NCBI GenBank assembly: GCA_044225505.1
Contig: JBGAIN010000042.1
Coordinates: 1 to 49,821 of the forward strand
DNA: 49,821 nt
Source of the DNA: Limisphaerales bacterium
GTDB taxonomy: Bacteria > Verrucomicrobiota > Verrucomicrobiia > Limisphaerales > SIBE01
Reading direction: 5' to 3'
Under the pieces are notes generated by a model. It saw only the letters and a program-made list of their open reading frames with translations. It did not search any database and was not told the origin of the DNA. Both the position numbers and the translations under genes were made by a program. This document shows positions 10,157 through 18,463 of the stretch, piece by piece. Position 1 is the stretch's first letter, and the number at the start of each line of letters is the position of its first letter.

Positions 10157-10309
10157 TCGAGGGCGGGTGCACTCCGCGGAGCACTGGAAGCGGGAGTTTT
10201 CTAACCAGCCCGCGACGTGGCTCCGTGATTCCCAGACCGCTGGCGAATGCGTTTTGCAGGCCAGGCCAAATTCCTCGCCGCAAAGTTTGCCGAATCAGGC
10301 GGACGATTC

Positions 10310-11110
10310 CTAGAGCGGCACGTCTGTGCGCTGTCGCTTGGCGAACGTTCGGCGCTGGGAGTAACCGACGCTCTGAGCGAGCTCCATCGCTTCCTTGAAA
10401 TTTAAGCCGACCTCCTCGGGGGCGTGGGCGTCGGAGCCAAACGTTATGGGGACACCTAAATCCTTCGCCATTTGCAGAATCTTACGACTGGGATAGATCT
10501 CCCGACATTCTTTACGCAAGCCCGCGGTGTTGATTTCGATGGCGGTATCGGACTGCTTGGCCGCGGCGAGGAACGCTTTGAAAAGCGCACTGCAATCTTG
10601 AGTGGGTATAAAGCAGAACTTCTTGGCGAGGTCAGCATGGCCGATGGTATCGAACAACTTCGATTCTGCTGCCATGGTTAGCCGCTGAAAATAGACCGTC
10701 CAGACCTCAAAGGGGTCCCGCTCACGCCATTGCGACAACTTCTTGGGATTGTCCAAATCCCAGGTCTCCGAAACATAGTGGACCGAGCCGATGAAATAGT
10801 CCCAAGGGTGCCGAGCCGCGAGACGGCGGATCCAGTCTTCCTGTCCGGGCATGTAGTCCACTTCCAGAGCTAAGCGGATAGTCAGGTTGGGAAACTCCTT
10901 CTGAGCGCGGCGGACTTTGCCGACATATTCATCCAACTGGTCGTCCCGCATCCGCCAGTCGTCAAAATCGTCGCGCGCCATGGGCGAGTGGTCGGAGAAT
11001 CCAATTTCGCTCAAGCCGAGGCGCGACGCTTGGGCGGCATAGTCGACCGGTTCGCCGACGGCATGGCGGCAAAGCGGCGTGTGCATGTGATAATCAGCCG
11101 GTTGCGACAT
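10310..11110 (-). CDS. hisK: Histidinol-phosphatase, PHP (HisJ/HisK) family
   Basis: DYHMHTPLC.HA, GFSDH, GSVH, GHADL, EINTAG, GSDAH motifs; start at MSQPADYH. Confidence 0.8.
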   Translation of the reverse strand: MSQPADYHMHTPLCRHAVGEPVDYAAQASRLGLSEIGFSDHSPMARDDFDDWRMRDDQLDEYVGKVRRAQKEFPNLTIRLALEVDYMPGQEDWIRRLAARHPWDYFIGSVHYVSETWDLDNPKKLSQWRERDPFEVWTVYFQRLTMAAESKLFDTIGHADLAKKFCFIPTQDCSALFKAFLAAAKQSDTAIEINTAGLRKECREIYPSRKILQMAKDLGVPITFGSDAHAPEEVGLNFKEAMELAQSVGYSQRRTFAKRQRTDVPL

Positions 11111-11270
11111 GCCAGGAAAAGTAATAGGCGGGACGCACGTCGGCAAGGTCATTCCCGAGTAACGGACCCAGCCGGGCGAGATGGCTGAGCTCGAGGAAGC
11201 AGGGGAATCAGGAACCATGAGACGAATGAGCATTGACTTCGCATATCGATTTGCGAGCAATTAGATTCAT

Positions 11271-12059
11271 ATGATCGCGCTAGCGAAGTTGGCCGGCATT
11301 AGCACAAGGTTTCACAAACGAGTTGTCGTGGCATTGGGCAGGCTCGGGAGAACATCGAGCCGAGGTTTACGCGCCACCGCGTCGTTTGCGACTCTGCTGG
11401 CGGCCTTGGCCTGGACAGGTTGCCAGCGATCTTCGGATATCCCTGAGCCCGCAGCGCTGCCGGTGGTGGATGTTGCGCAGACTCGCGCCGCGGCAGAGCA
11501 GGGGCAACCGGACGCGCAAAAGTTGTTAGGGGATTTGTACGCTGCCGGGCGGGGCGTCACGCAGGATTTCCGACAGGCTTTGGCCTGGTATACCAAGGCG
11601 GCCGGGCAGGGAAATGCAGGAGCGCAGAATAGTCTGGGCGAACTGATCGAGGCAGGGCAGGGCGGGAAACCGAGCTATACGGACGCGGCGGAGTGGTATC
11701 GCAAAGCAGCAGAGAAAGGGAGCGCATCGGCCGAGTATAATCTGGCAGTACTCTACACGTTTGGCCGAGGCGTAAAAATGAATGAGAAAGAGGCGGTTCA
11801 ATGGTATCAGAAAGCTGCCAACCATGGCCATGCGTTGGCTCAATTTAACCTTGGACAACGGTATCGCTTAGGCCAAGGGGTGGAGAAAGATCTGGCAGAA
11901 GCATTTAAGTGGTTAAGTCTCGCGGCTAAGGAAGTCGCCGATTCCGGAAAACTCCGAGACGAAGTTAAGTCGGAGCTTTCGCGAGATCAGCTGGCTGAAG
12001 GGCGTCGGCGGATTGAAGCGTTCAAGGTTCATGAGCCGAGTCCGACACCCAAGCTGTGA
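11271..12059 (+). CDS. Sel1-like repeat protein, possibly a lipoprotein
   Basis: Four repeats of AQ..LG.LY..G.GV..D...A..WY.KAA..G; LAWTGC lipobox-like motif; start uncertain. Confidence 0.85.
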   Translation: MIALAKLAGISTRFHKRVVVALGRLGRTSSRGLRATASFATLLAALAWTGCQRSSDIPEPAALPVVDVAQTRAAAEQGQPDAQKLLGDLYAAGRGVTQDFRQALAWYTKAAGQGNAGAQNSLGELIEAGQGGKPSYTDAAEWYRKAAEKGSASAEYNLAVLYTFGRGVKMNEKEAVQWYQKAANHGHALAQFNLGQRYRLGQGVEKDLAEAFKWLSLAAKEVADSGKLRDEVKSELSRDQLAEGRRRIEAFKVHEPSPTPKL

Positions 12060-12245
12060 GGTCCGCGTTCAGCGACTGAGCCGCTTGATTGTGCGAGACG
12101 ATAGCTCGCACGAAGAGGAGTATCGTAGACGGCGGACAGGTGACAGTCCTGTGACTTCTCAATGCACAGGATTGCAATTAGCGACCGTAACGTTTAACTT
12201 CAGATCACTGGTTCGTTTAGTTGAGGTTTTCGTCGGCAAGCGCAT

Positions 12246-13125
12246 ATGAAAAATCTTATGACCTACGGCAGTCGGCTCCATTGTCCGAGCGACTCAGCAT
12301 CCCAGGTCCGACGGTCGTCTTTAGCGCATCACGGGTTCACCCTGATCGAATTGCTGGTGGTTATCGCCATTATCGCAATTCTCGCGGGAATGCTCCTGCC
12401 CGCACTCAGCAAAGCCAAAGAGAAAGGGCGAAGTGCTCGCTGCATGAGTAACCTGCGACAAATCGGCATTGCCGGCACCATGTATGCCGACGAAAATAAT
12501 GACCGCTATTTTTACCTGGGTGACTCCTCGGTTCCCAACAACGGCCAGTGGACGTCGAATCCGAATTCGACTGCGCAATTGTCCCCGTTCCACGACTTGG
12601 CCTACTGGGGGATCGGCTACCAGAACTACATTGGCAAATCCAAACATGTATTCCGTTGTCCAAGCGCTAAGATCGTCGATGAATGGCGCGAGAATGGGCT
12701 GAGGTATCCGCACGATTTCTGGCTCGATTCCCAGTTACGGGATGTCTAAATACCTGATCGCTCCCTACGATTCCAAAATGGGCAAAGGACCGCTGAAAGT
12801 TAGTGCTTACAAAAGTCCCCAGACGACCATTTTCTGTCAGGATGCTGCGGAATCGTGCATGGAAGGCGAAGATGACAGCATCGGATTGTTTCCAGGCCGA
12901 ACTCAGATCCTCACTCAATGGATAGGGCAACCGCCGAACAGCGGCGGGTTAGGCGCTGAGCTTTACCAAAAGTATCAGTTCCAATGGGAATGGTATCGGC
13001 ATAGCAAATCCTGCAATACGCTATGGGTTGGCGGGCACGTCTCGCCCGTCAAATTCAAAGCTTACAACCAGGGTTTGGACTACCGCTGTTACACTGGTGA
13101 TGTTCCCCTGGAGCAACCTCGTTAA
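12246..13125 (+). pseudogene. Prepilin-type N-terminal cleavage / DUF1559-like protein with an H-X9-DG-like C-terminus, split by a +1 frameshift near 12730
   Basis: [30 protein letters not shown]...CMSNLRQIG lies in ORF 12246-12749. RHSKSCNTLWVGGHV lies in ORF 12742-13125. Removing one C from TCCCAG joins them ([10 protein letters not shown]). May be a sequencing error. Confidence 0.8.
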
Positions 13126-13144
13126 TTCACACAACACTTCTCCC

Positions 13145-13516
13145 ATGACGTCACAGTCTTTGATGGTGCTCACCGCCTGCCTGGCCCTTGCTCTAGGTTC
13201 CGGTTGCGGAAAGAAGGCGGATCCAGAAGTCCTCGCGGTGGAACAGGTCCCAGCCACGGTGGAGAATGCCTTTAAAGGTGCGGATGGCGAACTCAAGAAT
13301 ACGGCGACCGAAGTCGTGAATGCCATTCAAGGAAAAGATGAGCCGAAAGCAATGATGGATTTGCAAGCCCTGTTTGCCCGTCCGGACCTGACCCCGGAGC
13401 AACGCGAGGTCGCGAGTCGCTCAATGATATCGCTGAATCAGAAACTTCGGGCCGCCGCGGCCCAGGGAGACCAGCGGGCCGCCGAGGCGTTGCAGATCTA
13501 CAATTCCCGAAAATAG
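13145..13516 (+). CDS. Small lipoprotein downstream of the DUF1559-like gene
   Basis: MTSQSLMVLTACLALALGSGC lipobox-type signal; helical mature part. Confidence 0.75.
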   Translation: MTSQSLMVLTACLALALGSGCGKKADPEVLAVEQVPATVENAFKGADGELKNTATEVVNAIQGKDEPKAMMDLQALFARPDLTPEQREVASRSMISLNQKLRAAAAQGDQRAAEALQIYNSRK

Positions 13517-13551
13517 CGTTTCGGAGCCCGACCAGACGCTCGAGACGGCTG

Positions 13552-15336
13552 CTAACGTTCAAACTCGAGCCAGCCAAACCGTTCCGGCGTGTGAAAAGTT
13601 TGGTTTCGAGTCGGGCTCCAGGCCATCGACGCTCGGTGTTCGCGATCACAACGGAACAGGTTGATTCGCCAGCGAACTCCAGGGTGCGGCGGCGACGAAG
13701 CCAACGACGCGATAGGGATTCGGACTTCCGCACGCCAGACGCCTCTCTGATGATCCACCGTCGTCCGCACGTCCCAGTGGCTTTGCCAGTCAAACTCCTT
13801 CTCGGGAAGACGCACCATCAAGTCAAGCCACTCGCCGTTTGGAGCGACCTCGAATTCTCCATAATGGTTCAATCGTTGCGGATCCGGGGCAATAAATGCT
13901 TCCACAACATCCTTCTCCCAGAGCCCGACCCGCTTCTTTGAACGGTCGGCCGGTTCGAAAACGGTCAGCTTCGAGAACGGCGCCTCGTAACCGAGGTAGA
14001 GATACCGTTCCGACCAGAGCGCACGGACGGCAGTGCTAAGTTCCGGATGCGGGCGGATATTATCCGTCTGGTATTCGATGCGCACGGGACGCGCGAGATT
14101 CCAGGAGGGATTCGAGAGATGACCGTCCGGCTCGAAGTCGGATGGCGTGCGCGCCGCGCGCGTCACAGGAAGCGGCATGGACCTGGCCAGCAGTCGTTGG
14201 GCATTGTCGAAGTAGATCTTGCGGAGCACTGACACGGGCAAACCAATGCCGCTGATCGTCCAATCGCCCTGGATCGGGGTCATATGGGCGAAGTTCCGAT
14301 CGTTTGTCTCGAGCCAGCGCCAGTGCTTACTATAAAAATCAACCGCGTCCTCGTCTGTCGGAGCTGGACCTTTTCCCCCCGATCCTAAGGTGAGCTGCCC
14401 GTAAACTTGGAAGTCAGTTGCAAAAAGGATGCGATCCTGATGCTTGAGAAAAAGCTCGCGAACCGCGGCGGGTGGTTGACGTCCGATTTCCGGGATCCGC
14501 GCGGCCAAGTCGGCGTTCATATTCGGGTATCGGTCTAACTGTCGGCCCACCCAGTCAAGGTCTTCGGCATTATTCGCGAAATGCACACAGACAAACGTGG
14601 TCTTGGGATGACGCTCAATAACGCGATTCAGCGCGGCGAGGAGTTCCTCGCGCGGCGGATAAAGATTGGGATCACCAAACCACCACTGGCGATGGTCTTG
14701 CAGTTCAGCCCAGCGCTCATTCTTATCGTCATACGGCATCCAAAATGCTCGAGGATCCGCGACGTGAATGGAAACCGGCATTCCCAACTCGCCACATCGC
14801 GTCCAAACCGGATCCAGCTTGGGATCGTCAATCTTCAAAAGTCGACCTGCCTTGTCGCGGAGAACGAGACCTAGACGCTTAAACTCCTTCAATCCAGCGG
14901 CTCCGAGACGATGACCTTCTTCGACTTGACGCACGGCGCGCTCCGAGAATTCCGGTTCATCCCAGCCCGCATAATCCAGGTTCATGTAGTGAAGGATCCG
15001 ATCAGGAAACAAGCGGTCGGCCACCTCCTTGTTGCGTTCAAAGGCGGAAGGTTCTGCATTTGTCCGAGTGACTGTTCCGCCGCTTAAGTTAACAACGATG
15101 CCGAGCCCAGTGGCATCCATGACCTTGATGGCGCGTGCCAGACGTTCAGGGTTGCACTCGAGATGCTGATGCAAGTCCACCAAACGATGCTCGTTTCTCC
15201 ATTGAGCGGCGTCAGCTGGCGTCTGAGAAACTAGAGAGGATGCAGCCATGACGTCACAATTTGGAGTGGCCAGGTAACCGGCGGCAAGGACTGATGCACA
15301 CCACGGTAGCTTCTTCATGAGGGGGGCTTTAGCCAT
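13552..15336 (-). CDS. Secreted amidohydrolase_2 family protein fused to a C-terminal CBM9-like/DOMON-like sugar-binding domain
   Basis: DLHQH, GLKEFK, IHVADP, FATD motifs; C-terminal VRALWS...LYLG...DVVEAFI...EFEVAP.G...W.AEVRIP...WRINLFR; start at 15336 or 15318. Confidence 0.8.
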   Translation of the reverse strand: MAKAPLMKKLPWCASVLAAGYLATPNCDVMAASSLVSQTPADAAQWRNEHRLVDLHQHLECNPERLARAIKVMDATGLGIVVNLSGGTVTRTNAEPSAFERNKEVADRLFPDRILHYMNLDYAGWDEPEFSERAVRQVEEGHRLGAAGLKEFKRLGLVLRDKAGRLLKIDDPKLDPVWTRCGELGMPVSIHVADPRAFWMPYDDKNERWAELQDHRQWWFGDPNLYPPREELLAALNRVIERHPKTTFVCVHFANNAEDLDWVGRQLDRYPNMNADLAARIPEIGRQPPAAVRELFLKHQDRILFATDFQVYGQLTLGSGGKGPAPTDEDAVDFYSKHWRWLETNDRNFAHMTPIQGDWTISGIGLPVSVLRKIYFDNAQRLLARSMPLPVTRAARTPSDFEPDGHLSNPSWNLARPVRIEYQTDNIRPHPELSTAVRALWSERYLYLGYEAPFSKLTVFEPADRSKKRVGLWEKDVVEAFIAPDPQRLNHYGEFEVAPNGEWLDLMVRLPEKEFDWQSHWDVRTTVDHQRGVWRAEVRIPIASLASSPPHPGVRWRINLFRCDREHRASMAWSPTRNQTFHTPERFGWLEFER

Positions 15337-15483
15337 AAACCAACCTAAGTTCAAGCGATGGTCCGGGTTCCGTTCGGCGCGGCGCGAGGATCGTTCCGGT
15401 GCTGTAATTTGCTTCGCGGAGAGTCCTTCGTGTATCGAGACGTAGCGCACTGCGGAGCCGTCCACCCATGCGGTAGTGCGGCT

Positions 15484-15990
15484 TTATTCGCGTTGGTAAC
15501 GAAATGGACGACTAAAGCGAAACAATTGCTCGATCCGTCGAGCGCGAGCCGTCTGTTCGGTTCCAGCAGATCGGAGGGGCCCTAGAATTGACGCCGATGC
15601 TGCGTCCAGATACTGCGCGACGGCACGCTGCTGTTCCTGTTCGTCTTGATGTTCTTCGCGAATCAAAGCGAGCTCTCCAGCGTCGAGCCAAAATCCACCG
15701 CAGTTCGGACACTCGTCGACTTCGACCCGGCGCCGTGGACTGTAGAAATGGCGCATCATGACAATCCCGTCGCAGCGAGGACAAAAGCGGCGCTGGGACG
15801 GATCGATCACGACATCGGGTTGCCGTTTCACATTGATCAACATTTCCCCGGAGAGTTCGTGAGGCTGATCGAGCTTCTGCAGTTCAAAGATGTCAAACCA
15901 CATTCCGCCGCAACCGCTGACGCAGGCATCTACGGTGATATCACCGGCTTGGATAGGCGTAAGAACATTGGCACAAACTGGGCATTTCAT
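15484..15990 (-). CDS. zf-TFIIB-like tandem zinc-ribbon protein
   Basis: Two units: CPVC...C..GCGGMWFD..EL and CPRC...CPNCGGFWLDAGEL; start at MKCPVC. Confidence 0.85.
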   Translation of the reverse strand: MKCPVCANVLTPIQAGDITVDACVSGCGGMWFDIFELQKLDQPHELSGEMLINVKRQPDVVIDPSQRRFCPRCDGIVMMRHFYSPRRRVEVDECPNCGGFWLDAGELALIREEHQDEQEQQRAVAQYLDAASASILGPLRSAGTEQTARARRIEQLFRFSRPFRYQRE

Positions 15991-16004
15991 CGTTCCCCTT
16001 CGTT

Positions 16005-16496
16005 TCAATCGTTTTTCTTGTCGCCGTGGCAGATCATATCGATCACAACCGCGCTCGCCAAGATGAGAACATCGTCCTGACCGTCCGAAATGTCGACTCC
16101 GTAAGTATCGGCAAAACTGAACCACTTCTTCGAGACTCGCCCGACGATCGAACTGCCGCGGAAGAAATCGTACTCAAGGTCCAGAAAGCTCCCTTTGGCT
16201 TCGAGATCATCAGGCCCTGGGACGTCGACCGTAAAACGGCAGTGCAACAGCGTGAAGATCTTCTTCTTCACCACGGCTGCCAGGTGCCCATTCCGATAAA
16301 TCTCGTAGGTCGGACCCCAGGCGAGCAGTTTCTGCCGGATAAACGCGAGTTCATTGCGCGCCATGTCCTGGAAGGAGAGTTTGTCACCGAAACTGAGAGC
16401 TTTGCCATCCACGAAATAGATTTGTTCGCCTTGCTCATTGCGGATAAGGAAGTCGTCTCCCCAGGAAAACAGCTTCTGTTTCATGATGTATCGCAT
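16005..16496 (-). CDS. LURP-one-related/scramblase-like (YxjI-type) protein
   Basis: MRYIMKQKLFSWGDDF.I...VDGK.LSFG...SKKWFS..DTYGVDI pattern. Confidence 0.88.
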   Translation of the reverse strand: MRYIMKQKLFSWGDDFLIRNEQGEQIYFVDGKALSFGDKLSFQDMARNELAFIRQKLLAWGPTYEIYRNGHLAAVVKKKIFTLLHCRFTVDVPGPDDLEAKGSFLDLEYDFFRGSSIVGRVSKKWFSFADTYGVDISDGQDDVLILASAVVIDMICHGDKKND

Positions 16497-16701
16497 GCGG
16501 TAACCGTAAATTATCTCTTCGACAGAGCAAGAGCGACGTGGCACAAACTACTGGCTGGGTCTGATTCCGACGAAGGTCGCCGTGAAACAGACTGCTTCGG
16601 ATAATGACGTCAACTCTCTTCGCTATTCCTCGGTCCGCGGGCAATTTTACTGTCCTGGGCGGAAGAAAGCGGTTTTGGCCTGTCGAACAATACGTCGAGC
16701 G

Positions 16702-18000
16702 ATGATCACGTCATTCCCGAGGATGCAGTGGATCCAGCAGAAATATCCGGACCTCCCCAGGATTGATCTTGTTCGGGCTGTTCACCAGGAGCTGGCGGCC
16801 ATCGAAAAGCAGCTTCGACCAGGCCAACGAGTAGCGGTCGCGGTTGGAAGCCGAGGTATTCAAGAGTTAGAAACCGTGGTACGGACCGTTGTTCAACATT
16901 TGAGAGGCATTGGCACCCAGCCATTCATCCTGCCGGCCATGGGCAGCCATGGCGGCGCGACGCCGGAGGGGCAAACGGCGGTTTTGGCCGAGTATGGCAT
17001 CACCGCGGAGAGTTTGGGCGTTCCTATCGAAGCGAGCGTGGAAGTGCAACAGATTGGCCTAACACCGGAGAACGTCGATGTCCATTGCAGCGTCGAAGCG
17101 CTCAAAGCGGACGCTATCGTGCTCGTTAATCGGATCAAACCGCACACGGATTTTGTTGGTAACCTTGGGAGCGGCATCTTGAAGATGTTGGTCATCGGGT
17201 TGGGCAAACGCACCGGAGCCACTTGTTTTCACATCGCTGCGACGCGATTCGGGTATGAGCCGATGCTGAGAAGCTTGGCCAAAGTGATTCTACAAACCGC
17301 CCCCATTCTCTGCGGAATTGGACTGATCGAGGACCAACGTCATCAAATCGTTCGCATCGCTTCCCTTCCGGCCGAGAAGCTCGAAGCCACGGAAGAGTCT
17401 CTCTTTCAAGAGGCGAAACGGTTGATGCCTAAATTGCCGTTTGACGATATCGACCTTCTGATTATCGATCGGATAGGGAAAAACATCAGCGGAGCTGGAA
17501 TGGACCCGAACGTGACCGGCCGCGGCGTGCAAGGTTACCTCTCGTCGTTAGATCAGCGCAATCTTCCCGCGCCGAGGATCAAACGTGTTTTCGTACGGGA
17601 TCTGACGCCCGAGACGCACGGAAATGCAATCGGGATAGGCTTTGCCGACATTACCACGACGCGCGCGGTCAAGGCGATCGACTTGCGCGTCACCTATGTC
17701 AACGCCCTTACTTCGCTCACTCCGCAGAGCGTGAAAATCCCCATTCATTTTGACACAGACCGTGAAGCGCTGACGCGTGTCCTGGAGTCTTTGGCCCTTG
17801 ACCGCGTCGAAGACGCCCGAGTCGTTCGCATTCTCGACACACTGACTCTCGAGAACGCGCAAGTCTCGGAGAACTTCGCTCCGTTATGGAAACTACGCCG
17901 TGACCTGGTTACCTTCGGCTCGCCGTGCGAGATGGCGTTCGATGCGAGCGACAACCTTTTGCCCATTGACAATTTCCGATCGAACCACCGACATGTCTGA
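16702..18000 (+). CDS. LarA-like (lactate racemase N-terminal domain) protein, putative alpha-hydroxy-acid racemase/epimerase
   Basis: AVGSRGI, PAMGSHGGATPEGQ, NRIKPHT, GKNISGAGMDPNV motifs; start at MITSFP. Confidence 0.75.
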   Translation: MITSFPRMQWIQQKYPDLPRIDLVRAVHQELAAIEKQLRPGQRVAVAVGSRGIQELETVVRTVVQHLRGIGTQPFILPAMGSHGGATPEGQTAVLAEYGITAESLGVPIEASVEVQQIGLTPENVDVHCSVEALKADAIVLVNRIKPHTDFVGNLGSGILKMLVIGLGKRTGATCFHIAATRFGYEPMLRSLAKVILQTAPILCGIGLIEDQRHQIVRIASLPAEKLEATEESLFQEAKRLMPKLPFDDIDLLIIDRIGKNISGAGMDPNVTGRGVQGYLSSLDQRNLPAPRIKRVFVRDLTPETHGNAIGIGFADITTTRAVKAIDLRVTYVNALTSLTPQSVKIPIHFDTDREALTRVLESLALDRVEDARVVRILDTLTLENAQVSENFAPLWKLRRDLVTFGSPCEMAFDASDNLLPIDNFRSNHRHV

Positions 18001-18430
18001 GACTTTACCACCAACGCCCGAAGCTGTGGAACGTTTGTTTCCGTTTGTCCTACGCGCGCGAATCCTGCTCGTGGGACGGGAAACTCTGCACCGAAGCAAG
18101 AGCAAGCTGCATTTCGTGCTCATAACGACGGACCTTTCCGAGAATAGTCGTAAAGAGATTCTGGTGCGCTTTGCCCATTATCCGGTGGTCCAGCTCTACA
18201 CGTCGGACCAGTTGCAGAAGTTCTTTGGAATCCAAGGTGCGAAAGTGATCGGTTTTAGAAAGTCGAGCCTGGCTCAGTCTATCTTTGGCCATCTGAAGCC
18301 ATTTCGACTGAACGAGCCAATGCCGGTGGCGTCGAAGCCAGATCCCGTTGCCCTAAAAGAACACGTTTCTCCACCTCCCGCGATTCCTGGAAAAGGAAGC
18401 GGCCTCGGCCCAAGCGGTTCTTCTCTGTGA
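17993..18430 (+). CDS. L7Ae/L30e-like (YlxQ/YbxF-type) putative RNA-binding protein
   Basis: RARILLVGRE...LHFVLITTDLSENSRKE...YTSDQL..FFG...KVIGF...LAQSI resembles the L7Ae pattern; overlaps the upstream gene by 8 nt. Confidence 0.6.
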   Translation: MSETLPPTPEAVERLFPFVLRARILLVGRETLHRSKSKLHFVLITTDLSENSRKEILVRFAHYPVVQLYTSDQLQKFFGIQGAKVIGFRKSSLAQSIFGHLKPFRLNEPMPVASKPDPVALKEHVSPPPAIPGKGSGLGPSGSSL

Positions 18431-18463
18431 CATTGAGAACAGGACTGGTCCGCGGCATTCCGC

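Noticed and set aside
12720..12749. Programmed ribosomal frameshift or phase variation
   Set aside because: Only a CCC run is present, with no slippery heptamer or long homopolymer; other indel clusters point to assembly error
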